Shown: one piece after another, positions 1 to 11,989 of the stretch | Layout: each line of letters begins with the position of its first letter | Position numbering within the stretch: the first letter of the stretch is position 1 | Source of the DNA: Nageia nagi | Taxonomy: Eukaryota > Plantae > Pinophyta | Assembly: GCA_050084985.1 (NCBI GenBank) | Contig: JBITNC010000001.1 | Location: 133,920,001 to 133,984,000 of the forward strand | Direction: 5' to 3' | Length of the DNA: 64,000 nucleotides | Made by a program: the position numbers and the translations under genes | Notes under the pieces: model-generated | Database searches by the model: none | What the model was told of the DNA's origin: nothing | What the model saw: only the letters and a program-made list of their open reading frames with translations

Positions 1-3000
1 AGACAATTCAAACATTTTCAAAAGTTTACAACAAATTCTCCTAAAAATCGAAAGTTTTCAAAGAGAAGGCACAAAACGATTTGAATTACAATAATTGTCC
101 TTAAAAGATCAATCCACCACTCCCATAGATGAAAACACACTTTGAATCAACTTGTAGCCATTTGTATTATGTTTGCAAAAGAGAATTGCATAAGTAGATC
201 AATTTGCTCCTCAATTGCAAAAAATTTCAATTTTGAAAAAGATTGAAAATTTCTTGGATTACAACATTCTACCTCAAAATGTGACCCTCTATGGTCTATT
301 TATAGACATTTTACATCAAAATTTGAGGGTGTTGCCCTAATTCCTAAAAAAGCTTTAAAATGCTAATTTGAATGCTAAATTGAGATTACAATATTGTTTT
401 AGTAAGAGAACAATCTTATCCCATTCAAATATGCTAAAAATAAAATATTTACAAAAATGGATGCCCTCTGACATGCATTTCAAGGTGTTTTGCATCAATT
501 TGTCGAAAATTGGAGCTTCAAATCCTCGTTTTGGATCCTTCTGACAACATTTTGAGCTCCTTCCTTCTTTGAATCTAGATTTGCCTGTGATGTGATCATT
601 GTGGCAAATTTTCAAGGGATTCTAAGAGAATTTTTTGAAAAAGTCGATTATTTGGTGTATTTTTCAAAAAAGAAAAAGAGGGATCCGAAATTTGAAAATT
701 TTTTAAAAAGTAGATTTGAGCTTATGGATGGATGGAGGATAGAATTATAAGACACTTGGCAAGTTTTGAGAGGTTTTAGAGCTTTTTTGGGAGGTTTTAT
801 GAAGGATTAGAGATTTGGGCAATTTTTTCCAATTTCACGTCTATGGATTTCGTTTGGTAGAAAAAAGTGAAATTTCCATAGGAATGAAAAATGCCTCTTA
901 GATTTTTGAGCCCTTTAACTTGCTCAAATTCAAAAATTCTCAAGTTAAAAGTTGCTTAAAATGTGCTCTTCAATACAATGAAGCCAAAATTTTCGATTTT
1001 TTGAGCAAAATTTTCGATTTTTTGAGCAAAATTTGATGTTCCTCCTAGAGTTAGGTGCAAGTTTTCACCTCATTGGAATTCCATAAACTTGAAAAACTGC
1101 ACCTATCTATTTGTTGCTTTTAAGTTGCTCAAATTTGAAAATTTGAAGCATTAAATATTCTCAAAAACCACTTTCCTTGCAAATATGTCAAAAAACTTGA
1201 TTTTTGGGCAAAATTTTCACATTCTCCCATGTTAGGCACCAATTTTCAGGTCTATGGATTCCCAATTGCATGAAAATCTTTGCCTTCTTTTTTGAGGGGT
1301 TGCCATGGCCTAAAATTAAAAATCTCAAGTGTTAAATGTGCTAGAAATGCCTTTTTCTATGCAATGAAGGGGTCCAACTCGATTTTTGAATGAAATTTAT
1401 CAAATTTTTCCAACCTAGGCGCCAAAATTCAGTCCTATGGGTCTTCAATCAGCCCCAAACCTACGCCTAGCTTTTTGTGCCGCCAAACTTGCTCAAAATG
1501 AAAATTTGCAAGTTTAAACCTTCTCAAAATGACCTCCATTACGTACTTATGTCTTCAAACTTGACTTTTGATCATAATTTATCAAATTTTTTTCACCCTA
1601 GACGTTGTTTTCCATTTTTTTGGATTTCCATAGCCTTGAAAAACTGCTCCTAGGCGTTTGGGCATCAAAACTTGCTCAATTTCGAAAAATTGAAGGTGTA
1701 AATGTGCTAGAAATCATCATTTTGACTTAATGAACACCTCAAACTTGATTTTTGATGAAATTTGCACTTTTCCCTCCAAGTGAGGCGCTACTTTTCACTC
1801 CTATGGATTAAGAAAAATTAGGAAAACTGCGCTTAGCTTTTAGGTGCCCAAAAATAGCTCAAATTCAATTTTTCCAAGACCTAAAGGTGCTCTAAATGAT
1901 CTTTTCACCCAATGAAACCTTAGAACTTGTGTTTTGATCAAAAATTATCAATTTTTTTAATTCTAGGCACCATTTTTCACCCCATTGGTTTTGGAAAAAG
2001 ATGGGAAACTGCGCCTAGGAATTTTAGCCATCAAACTTGCTCAAAATTGAAAATTTGCAAGTTTAAATATGCTAGAAATGCCATTTTTGACCTAATGAGC
2101 ACCTTCAGATTGATTTTTGTTGAGTTTTGCACTTATATCGCCAAGTTAGGTGACAAAAATCACTCCATTAGATTTCTATAAAGCTAAAAACATGCGACTA
2201 GCTTTTTGAGCCTCAAAACTTGCTCAAATTTGGAAAATTGAAGACTTAAATGTGCTTGAAACCCCTTTTTCCATCAATCTATGCCTTTGGTTTGCTCTTT
2301 TGGTCAAAATCCATTTCTCCTTCAAGTTAGGCACCAAAATGCAAGTCTATGGATTTCCAATCACTTGGAATCATGCATCTAAGATTTTAGGGCACTTCCA
2401 TTAGACAAAATCAAAAATTTGTCGACCTAAAGTGCCTTAAAATGTGATTTTACATGCAATCAAACCATCTCCCTTGATTTTCGACACAAATTTCATTTTT
2501 CACTTGGTAGCTAGGAGCCAAAATACACCTCAATGGATTTCTATTGGCTTGAAAAACTGCATCTAGGTTTGGATGGCTCAAAACTTGGTCAAAATCAAAA
2601 ATTTCAAGTCCTAATTGTGTTAGAAATAACCTTATCTCTCCAATGACACTCTTACACTTGATTTTCGACACCATTTGCATTTCTCTCTTGAAAATTTTTC
2701 ATATTCTGACATTCCTAGGAGCTATGTGTCAAAACCTGAGCTCTGATATCACTAAAATCCTCAAATTGTGCTCTTGGACACACCTTGTGCATTTCTGACC
2801 CATATCCACCATTTTTGAGCTTGAACTTGACCAAATCCACATTTTCAATCGTTTCCAAGCTCAAACTACACAATTCTGATCATTCCACGCATTTTCGAGC
2901 TTAAACTTTGAAAAACGATCATTTCCAGCATTTACGATCAAAACCAAGCTTAATCTCTAAAAAACGGTCATTTACAGCACTTCATAGCTCAAACCTTCCA

Positions 3001-4214
3001 TTTTCAGCCATTTCTGATCAAAACCAAATATTTACGTGCATTCCTAACCAAAACCACACTTTCCAAACATTTTTGAGCATTCTGAGCTCAACTTTACATT
3101 TTTGACCATTTCCAAGCTTTCCGATTCCAAAATGTGCAAAAATGCACATTCTTGCCTTGCTAACCACTTCTGGGCTCAAAATAGGAAAAACGCACATTTT
3201 CTATCATACTTACCCTTTCTGGCTTTCCGATGTCAAAATTGACAAAAACACTTATTTTTGCCATCTTAGCCATATTCACTGCACCCGAACTCAAAATTGA
3301 CAAAAACACTCATTTTTGTCACCTAGGCACCTTTGTGCTTGAATACTGCAAAAAATGTGACTTTTTGTCACCCTTGGTATTTGTGAGCCCAAACTCTGCA
3401 AAGCTAACCCCATGTGCATTGGTTGCACTCTAGACTCAAATCTATGCTCTAATGCTATCTCTTAGATCCTGGCTCTGTGATCCCAAAACTAGTGACTAGA
3501 TACTCTGATACTCTTCAAGGTCTTCGTCGCAAGATCTCCTTGAGTCGCTCTCTGATATCATGTTTGCACTCTTCAGAATGAACTATCCATCACCAAAAGC
3601 CAATCTCAAGGCAATGCACCTCATTGCCTATGCAAAAATTGGGTCCCCAAAATCTTGTATTTTGGGGGGTGTTGTGCTGGGTGCCTAGGATTCACTTCCT
3701 GATCCTTGAACTCACCCAGTTGCTCCTCCCAATCTGATCGCACAATTCAAAAAGACAATTGTCTTTTGAAATCATGCACCAGCCTTGAAGTGTCTTTGCC
3801 TTGTCTTTTTTGAGCTTCATCCCAGTCCAATCTGCTCCCTATCCTTGGCACATGCTCCAAAAAGTCATGATTTCGTCTCCTAGAGGCATGCGCTAGTCCT
3901 GAAAGTGGCCTAGATTACTTTTCTGAGCCTCAACTTCAGTCTGGATGACTCCCAGGTCCAATCGCATGTTTCAAAAAGACATGATTGTGTCTTTTGAAAT
4001 CATGCAGCAGCCCTTGGAGTCGACTAGTTTGGCTTGACCCTATCACGACTCGTTCTAGACTCTCCTGGCTTAGCTACGGTCGGCTTCCTGTTTCCAAACT
4101 TAGCCATTTTTAGGAAGGATTTCACACTTTCGGCTTGCTATGACTAACTCTGGACGAAGAATGAGACTTGAACCTGAGGGTCTTGTCCTTGAATCTAGGT
4201 CTTTTGACATCACA
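1..4214. mobile_element. Large LTR-like retroelement segment in UVR8 intron 3, truncated by the window edge
   Basis: No coding capacity. TATA-like CTATTTATAG near 296, internal tandem arrays, and a probable terminus GACATCACA at 4206-4214, the same end motif as the LTR ending at 60629. The boundary is uncertain. Confidence 0.5.
840..2690. repeat. Diverged tandem repeat, ~182-bp unit, ~10 copies
   Basis: The anchor C(T/C)ATGGATTT-like motif recurs at about 841, 1071, 1253, 1435, 1619, 1801, 1982, 2165, 2347 and 2531, each followed by GAAAAACTGC and AACTTGCTCAAA-like blocks. Confidence 0.85.
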
Positions 4215-6865
4215 TGGGTTGAATAAGCCTACAACATAACAAAGTATTTACATGAGGCGTTGAGGGTTGTGATTTTGGGGCATGTTGGATTTCAGTCACA
4301 ACAACTAGCATAAGCTACTAGGCACTGCCAATAGTTTATTGTATATGGCTTTCAATCTTACTAGTTATTATAAATTTTCAAGTTGTAGATAGATGAGTAA
4401 ATACTAAATTGATTTGTATGAAGTTGAAATACCAGACCAGTCGTAATAAAACCCTAGGATTCAACCTATTACAGGTCTTTATTCTGAAATTGTTTTACTT
4501 CATGCATGAAGAAATTCTTCATATTTGGCTTTAGTTACAGTTCGTAAAATATCCAATAGAGATCACATACAGATTTACATAAATCTTTTCCTTAGTTCAT
4601 GTTGAAGTCAATTTGAAATATTTAGAATCAAAATATAAGAGTAAAATTTGGAGGTTTACTCAGCCTCTTTGTTGGTGGATTGTAACCAGAACATGTGTCT
4701 TGTATTACACTTCATTTATAATTGTCGCGTTTTTTAATATCTCTTGTTATCGTAGGAACAGAGTTGGCAGTGTATGGAAATAAGAGTTGAGAACTCTCAT
4801 ATTTAACAGCACAAAAGAGGACAGTGAAGTGAGAACATAAAAGATATCTAAATAATATAGAAAAAAGTAAAGAATATATAAAACCTTGGGTTCATTTTTA
4901 CTGAAATTAAATGAACTATATTTCCAAAGAAAAATAAGATTACAATCATGGACTACAAGACAATGAGGATGAAGAAGTTCATACATTAGTTTGAAAAAAG
5001 AGTTAAAAACAATTAGCTGTATGCATGGTATAATAATAATACTAATGACGTATAACTGATAAAGCATTATAACATGATGCTATGAGCATACTCACACAGG
5101 CTATATATTCTTGCACATTGTCTTATGCATCATAAAATTGTAATAATGCTGGAGAGAAAAAAAAGGAAGAGCCATAATAATAATGAAGAAGGCCATACTA
5201 GTAAAACTCTTCAATTTTCAATAAGTCTAGCAAGTTATGGGTTTAAACAAGTTGAGTTGAACCAGGTATTCAGCCAATTAAACCCTTTTACAACTAGGTC
5301 AATTGAAAAAAAGCTTGTCAATTAGTAATGGAGTCATGAGTAATTCAAAAACTCATGATGAACTCGAGTTAATTTAAAGATTCTGATCCTATAAGCAATT
5401 TTTATAATTGTCTTTTTATTTTAAATTTTCAAGGTTCTACTTAGATTTTTCCAAAACAAGTATTATTCTTTAACTACCCATAGTCAATGTCGATTACAAG
5501 GATTGCTATAAACAGTTCTCAAGTCAGGATGCAATCTCTTAAAAGACTTATGTGCCCCTTGGTAAGTTTTACAATAAAGAACATATACCCCTTCAGATAG
5601 CAAAACAAGTTTTGACAGAACAGTCCAATAAAGACCTTCCTTGCCATTGCATGGACCAATCCTGTATGCACTTCGATTAAGATATTTTTCTTTCTTCCCT
5701 CATGATACAGTGTTGCAACATAATGTTGGAGCAAATCTAGACATCAAATTTACTTTCTTTTAATCCATTTGTCAAACATTTTGGAAATGAAACAAACCAT
5801 TGAAAAATCTCAACACTATCATGCCAAGATAGTAACATGTGTTGGTTTTTGTAATTAATTGCAATAACATTATAACTTACACAGCAATATATTAGGTATA
5901 TAAGTAAGATTTGAAAGCTCAAAATTGGTTATTTACTTCTGCAATTCCTTTAATCCACTTACCTCATGTTACAATACATGAGAATACAAATAAGTAGTTG
6001 CACATGCAACATTGTTTGAGTTCCTCAAGGAAAATTGACTCAACATATAATTTCATCATAGCAAAAAACTAAAATTTCATTTACCAATTAGTGTTACCAA
6101 TAAAACATCATCGCAAATGGGAGCAATATAGAATTCAGTAAGGCTGGCAGACCTGATTCTAAGTATTTTGTGGAAGAAAGGAATCAATAAGCTATTTTTA
6201 TGGAATTTGTTAGTCTAAAAGGGAATTTGTATTTTCACAAGCAAAAACAAAATTAGTTTCTGCAATTTTCTAAAAGGATATTGCTTTAGGAAGCATTTGG
6301 TTATTTAGAAACAAGTCCAAGAGTTATGGCATGAAATAAAGCTCTCTGCCATCAGTTTTCTTCTAGATACAAGATGCAAGAAAACCTTTCATGCAAAGAA
6401 TTTCCTCATCAACTTAGAAAGTATGAAATCATTTAGTCAGTAGTAGATAAACACAGTAATTACTTTTCTCAAAAAGATCTAGAGTCTTTGCCTTCCAGAA
6501 GAGTCAGAGAGCTTCTCTCTCATAGAATGACATTTTCTAAAAGAAACTCTGATGCTCAGCAGATGAAATATCATGTTCTGTGGTGTATTATAAGATGTAT
6601 TACTTCTATTTGAAAGAGAGAAGACACCTCGAAAAGTTCATGCTAAAATTGATATCTTATTCATACTGATGATGCAGGTATTTGCAGAGGAAAAATACAA
6701 ATGTCATGAATTGTTGTCAGAAATTATAAATGTAGAAGAAACAATAAAATCAATTTAAAACGTCTAAATTGTCACTATTGACTTCCCAACATATCTATTG
6801 GTTAAGATGAATAAATAAATACAGTGGAAAACATTTAGCAATGTAATAGAAGCATCCAATCTGAC

Positions 6866-7012
6866 CTTTGCACCTCTCCATTTTGCATGACAGCAAGGCA
6901 GTGGCTATCTCCACATGCTATTTGCTTGATCTGAAGCCCTTGCAATGTCTTGATTGGATAGGGAATAAACAAATCGGAGGAGTTTCCATGTCCAAGCCTG
7001 CCAAAGTCTCCC
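6866..7012 (-). CDS. UVR8: UVR8 coding exon 3 (GDFGRLGHGNSSDLFIPYPIKTLQGLQIKQIACGDSHCLAVMQNGEVQ)
   Basis: Manual translation. Acceptor TTTTGAAG, donor GTCAGA, length 147 nt = 1+48x3+2, in phase with exon 2 (TG|G = Trp). Near-identical to UVR8 GDFGRLGHGNSSDLF..PIK.L.G..IKQIACGDSHCLAV...GEVQ. I did not find exon 4 (SWGRNQNGQLG) in 1-6865. Confidence 0.95.
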
Positions 7013-9996
7013 CTTCAAAAGAGGTACAACATAGAAATTATTTAAGTCACTCCTAAACCTATGCACTAGTAATTGACAAAAAACATATTTATTTCTCAAC
7101 TTTGAAAATGAAATCAAGGAACAGCTTCCAAAACCCTACAAAAGTAAGTTAATGAAGCCAACTAAAACTTCTGAATAGAATATTAAAGATTCATCGATAT
7201 ACATCAAGAGATACCTAAAAGCAACATAAAAAATCAGAAAAACACTTTTAACATGATTTGCGCTTGCCACTTGCAATTTGAATGCCATAAAATCCAACAC
7301 ATTCCTATTTCACTGTACAAAGTGCCCATCCTAAAGATGAACGTCAGCTTAACTCTGCCTTAAATTGAAAAACAACCTTTCTAATGTGTTGCACCAATTC
7401 TAATTTTCATAGATTCTGTAATGTCCTTTCTGGATGATAGCAGGCTGTAGGTCCCACTCACTTATGTTTGTAGAACAGTTGTGATGAGTGGATGTTAGTG
7501 TGTTGGAGGTTTAAAAGGGAAATTCCTACATTTGAGGGATCTTTCTACTTTTTAGGAGGTTGGACCAAGTATTGAGGGACCTTGATTTCCTCAGAGGTGT
7601 TCTATCGGAGATTTTAAAAGGAGATTATGGTTAAATAAAAGCATGCATATAGTCGTTGGATTTGGCTTCAAGTCTTCTGATTTGGGTTTTCAACATTTTA
7701 GGTATCCAAGATGTCAATGTCAAGTTATGATATGATCTTTGTGAAAATGTCTAGCATTTCTAGACTTAGGGAACTTAATTCAATTTCATGTCACCATGGA
7801 TTGATTAGAAGTTTGAGATCCATGAAAGGACTTTAATATTATGACATTTGATATTAAGGGGTATCAATTTTAATACGTTATAAAGTTAGACTAATGTCTA
7901 AAGTGGAGAGTTGAAAAGTGGTTATTCTCCTAACCTAGGGTTGGCAGTTTGATAAAAGAAAAGTTTTTGAAATAGATAGACAATTTGAAAAAAAACTATC
8001 CTATTCTTCTTAGAGCGGCTGTAACAGCAGCAGCTAGCAGATTTGAGAATGAAAACCTTCAGATCTCAAAGGCAGTGGGCGTAGCTCTTTGATCTTGATG
8101 GGCAGATTCATTCAGAATTGTACTTGTGCATTCAGAGGGATTTCACTTGGAGTTTGTGGCTGATTTGGCTAGGGTTTTGACTTCAAAAGTTTATGAGCAG
8201 ATATGAGTTTGATTCTTGCATCCTGAAGTGATCAACTCTCTCCATCTACATTTACTTTCTGCGTTTTTTTTGGGTTATAACATTGACCAGCCTGCTCTTC
8301 TTTGAAATAACCCTTCATCCTTCAATGGATGCAAATACTTGATTCATTCTCTCAGTCTATGTAAATGCCTAAATGCAATATTACATACAATTAAGCAAAT
8401 TCTCTTAATCAAGCACCCACATTTGGCCTAGAAGGGCATAAACAAGCATTCAACACCTTAATATGCCAACATTAGGGTTAGAGCTCAAGATACAAGCAGA
8501 CACAACCTCACAATGCGAACGTCTAGCTACAACATGCATGAAAGAGTAAATAAACTACAACAATGCATACATAGACAAGTGCACAATACAATACGAGATC
8601 CAAGTGCCAACGGTTGTATTGAAGATAAATAATGATCAATGATACAATACCAGGCCCCAAGGGCTAGACGTTGGCCTCCAAGGAGACAACTAGGGCACAA
8701 CATGTGTCTCTCACTGCTAGACAGACGAATGATGGATGGGACAGTTTTGCTCCCTCATAATCTAAATCCTCTCCACCGAAGGAACCCTCCTCAAACCCTA
8801 GCGACCAACTGAATGGTAGAAGCTCAACCTCGAAATACAATTGGATGGACTAGGGTGCTACACCAAAGTCGTAGATTAACAAGATCCCTCAACTTGCTAA
8901 CCCTCCTAGATGTTGCACCTAAGGAACTTGCTTAGCACTACGCTAAGACTTCTCTCCTCTCGACGGTATGAGTAATATTATCCAATCAGTATCCCCAACA
9001 ATAAGACGCAAATATAGCTTTCCTAGATTTGGATCTCACCTCAATGTCATCACCCAATCCCCTCGAACCTCAACTTTGGCACCTAAGAGTCATTCCAGGC
9101 CCAACATGGGTATCTGGGCCTCTCTCATGCTCCACGTGGGTCTAAGAATGCATGCGTGGGTCAAGGAGGCATGCAAGAACATCTATGGGGGGCAACATGG
9201 GTGTCATGGGCCAACGTGGGGGTGTAGAAGTCTCCCCAAGGCTAGCGCATGTGTACAAGTGCTCCCAATCTCAACGTTGGGGCTATTAAATGCTCATCCA
9301 TCCTCTAAGTGCTAAATAGACCCTCGGATTCCCACAATCATGTTTCGGGATCTCCAAGTACATTAAAACACTCTAATCTACACTTGGAAGGGAGACATCC
9401 CACTTGGGGCTCATAGTGGGGTCCAATGACCCATTCAGTCTTATATCCCAAATCCTAACTAATAAAACATAATTAATAATTAAATATGTACAAAAGAGGA
9501 ATTCGTTGGATTCCAAAATTAAATACAATAATCTATTTATCTTTGTGTGATTTTTCCTTGCCTTGTATCTCATTGAAACAATTAAAACAGTACCAAAAGA
9601 TACTGCTATCCATAATTTTTGTGTTATAGAAATTCTGTTTTGTTCTTTTTTGAAATTTGCATGTTAGTGTGTATTTTGCTTAGGGGTTCTTACAGATTAC
9701 TCAAGATTTCACATATGCATTATTGGGTTACTATTTAATGATTAATCATCATTTTTAATCCATCAGTATAGAAACTTGATCCACAAATAAATAACTCCTA
9801 GGTAGAATAAATTTCACAAAAAATGACGTCCACAATTAGAATTCTTGAAGATTATGAATGTTTTAAGTTCAGTACACAAAAAATACTGAATAATGTTACA
9901 AATGATACATATCGAATTTATTTAACAAATCCCATTAGTGACTTATAAATATATGGATCATATATAAAAACAAATATTTCTAGAAAAAGAACATAC
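7013..9996 (-). other. UVR8 intron 2, 2,984 bp, containing LTR remnants
   Basis: GT..AG boundaries between exons 2 and 3, phase 2. Confidence 0.92.
8360..9560. mobile_element. LTR remnant, family A (gypsy-type), in intron 2
   Basis: Colinear with 33308-34355, 18178-19020 and 59500-60629, e.g. TTGGCCTCCAAGGAG..AACTAGGGCAC and GGGAGACATCCCACTTGGG. Confidence 0.8.
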
Positions 9997-10183
9997 CAGC
10001 CCCAACTATAAACTACATGCCTAGAATCGGAATATGCTGTTGTATGATCAGCCCCACAAATTACTGATGTAATTTCACAATCATCAAGATCACTTATAAT
10101 TGTTGGAACATGACGATCCTCTGCATTACCATGGCCTAACTGTCCATCTTCTCCACGACCCCAGGAGCATACAGCATTATCAG
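9997..10183 (-). CDS. UVR8: UVR8 coding exon 2 (SDNAVCSWGRGEDGQLGHGNAEDRHVPTIISDLDDCEITSVICGADHTTAYSDSRHVVYSWGW)
   Basis: Manual translation; this exon is not in the ORF track. Acceptor ATGCAG, donor GTATGT, length 187 nt = 2+61x3+2. Contains the UVR8 motifs CSWGRGEDGQLGHG and CGADHT..YS....VYSWGW. Confidence 0.95.
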
Positions 10184-11989
10184 CTGCATATACATCATTC
10201 TCTTGTTAAAATATGACTATCAAGTTAATAAATAAACATAAAATGAATAGCCTCTCAAACAACCATTTGAAGATTGAACATTCTCATGAAGATAGACTGG
10301 GACCCCCAACCAGAAAATCACACAAAGAAAAAAACTATATTAATATTCAGGACTAAGCAAAGTAGGTCTATGGAAGCCAAAATACAGCAACTTCAAAAAT
10401 AAAGCAGCTGTGACAGAATTGGGCTAAAACAGCTACAATCTAGACAAGTTTTAAAAGATAAAGTCATATAATATAAATAACTATGCTACCATATTGCACT
10501 TTGCTACAAGTATCTGATAGGGATTTTAGTAAATCACATCATTCACCAGAAGATTGTCAAAAGTGTAAAAATAAAATAGTAGATACAACAGAACAAGAAG
10601 CAACTGTTGTGGGTCCGGTGAAGCACTTACAGGTACATCTTTGCATCTATCCTCACAACATCCCAAGTCATTAAACAAGATTCAAATGAACTGCTTTAAA
10701 AATTTGAAATATACTTTGTTCAAAGTATATTATTGGGTGGAGTATCTTTGTAAAATATATGTAGCAGGTTGAAATTTTTCTTCAAGTAACAAGAGGACCA
10801 TGATCAAACAGAAAAAATGCAAGTAATCACTCCAAATGTGTGCTGCTGAAGGCCCCACAACTAATTGATGATGATGTAAACTAACTGAATTTCAATTCTA
10901 AATCAAGAGAAGCCTCCCTAAAAGAGGCAGTACTCATAAATAGTTGAAAAATAAGGAATGACTCCAGCAGCAAAGGCAACCATTACTTAAACCACTTCCA
11001 CGTTAGATCATTCAATTTTAAATCTACCAAAATAACTTAAATTTCATCCCTGCTGACATATCTGCTCATCAAAAGCCTTATAGAATATCATTTACCTGCA
11101 AAACGTAGAAGTAAATATTTGTACAACAAAACAGAGCAAACAAAAATGCTATACAAATTTTCGAATGGTGGACAAAAGTGATCATAAATGGTTAATTACA
11201 TACTGAATCATAAGAAGCCTCATAAGAACTTTCTAGTCAAATAAGTTCATTTCCTGTAAAATCGTATCTGAGAAACATGCAACAGCATTTGATAAAATGT
11301 TAGTAATATGCCATGCTTTCATGTCATTAAGCATGATATATAGAACAAAATTTCAGAAATGCATTCTCATTCCAAGTCCAACAAATGTGTTTTCATGTAG
11401 CATGCTACAAAACTCAAGATAAGAAAGTAACGTGGGCTTTCTTTGTGAAACTTCTCAAGTAACTGAATATAATATTGCAAAATTAAGGCATTCCATTTCT
11501 ACATGCCAAATTAAATGGGACGCTCATCTTCATTAAGATTTTCGGATATTTAGAGTTATTTTTGGGATTTTGTCCTCCACAAGCTTGGGACGTTTGATAT
11601 ATCAGATAGAGCATCTCATGCCAATTGTTTTGACAGGTTACATGATAGGGTTTTGTCAAGAAACGAGGAAGATATGGTACTTTGAAGTTCATCCCCGGAG
11701 CCAGAATTCTAATATTGTGTGCACGGGTCCCACTAAGTTAATTTATTGTAATTTTGTAATTTCGTCAATTAAAGTGAGACATCCTTCCTCTAGGAGGAAT
11801 TATTATTGCTTTTGAATGTTTTAATGAATTTAATTCCTATGACAATGGATTTACCAAATTGGGTGCAAAAATGAGTAATTTAGCACTCCAAGATGGGATG
11901 CCCTATTCTAAGAATATGCAAGAGTAATTTATTAGAATGACGATGTCTTGGTCAGCTATATTGTAATAATGTAATTTTAGGAGTGATTT

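Noticed and set aside
1-6865. UVR8 exon 4
   Set aside because: No sequence encoding SWGRNQNGQLGLG was seen on the minus strand, so intron 3 extends past the window.
7480-8340. Separate LTR fragment in intron 2
   Set aside because: Looks repeat-derived, but no partner LTR, PBS, PPT or TSD is visible, so it is not called.
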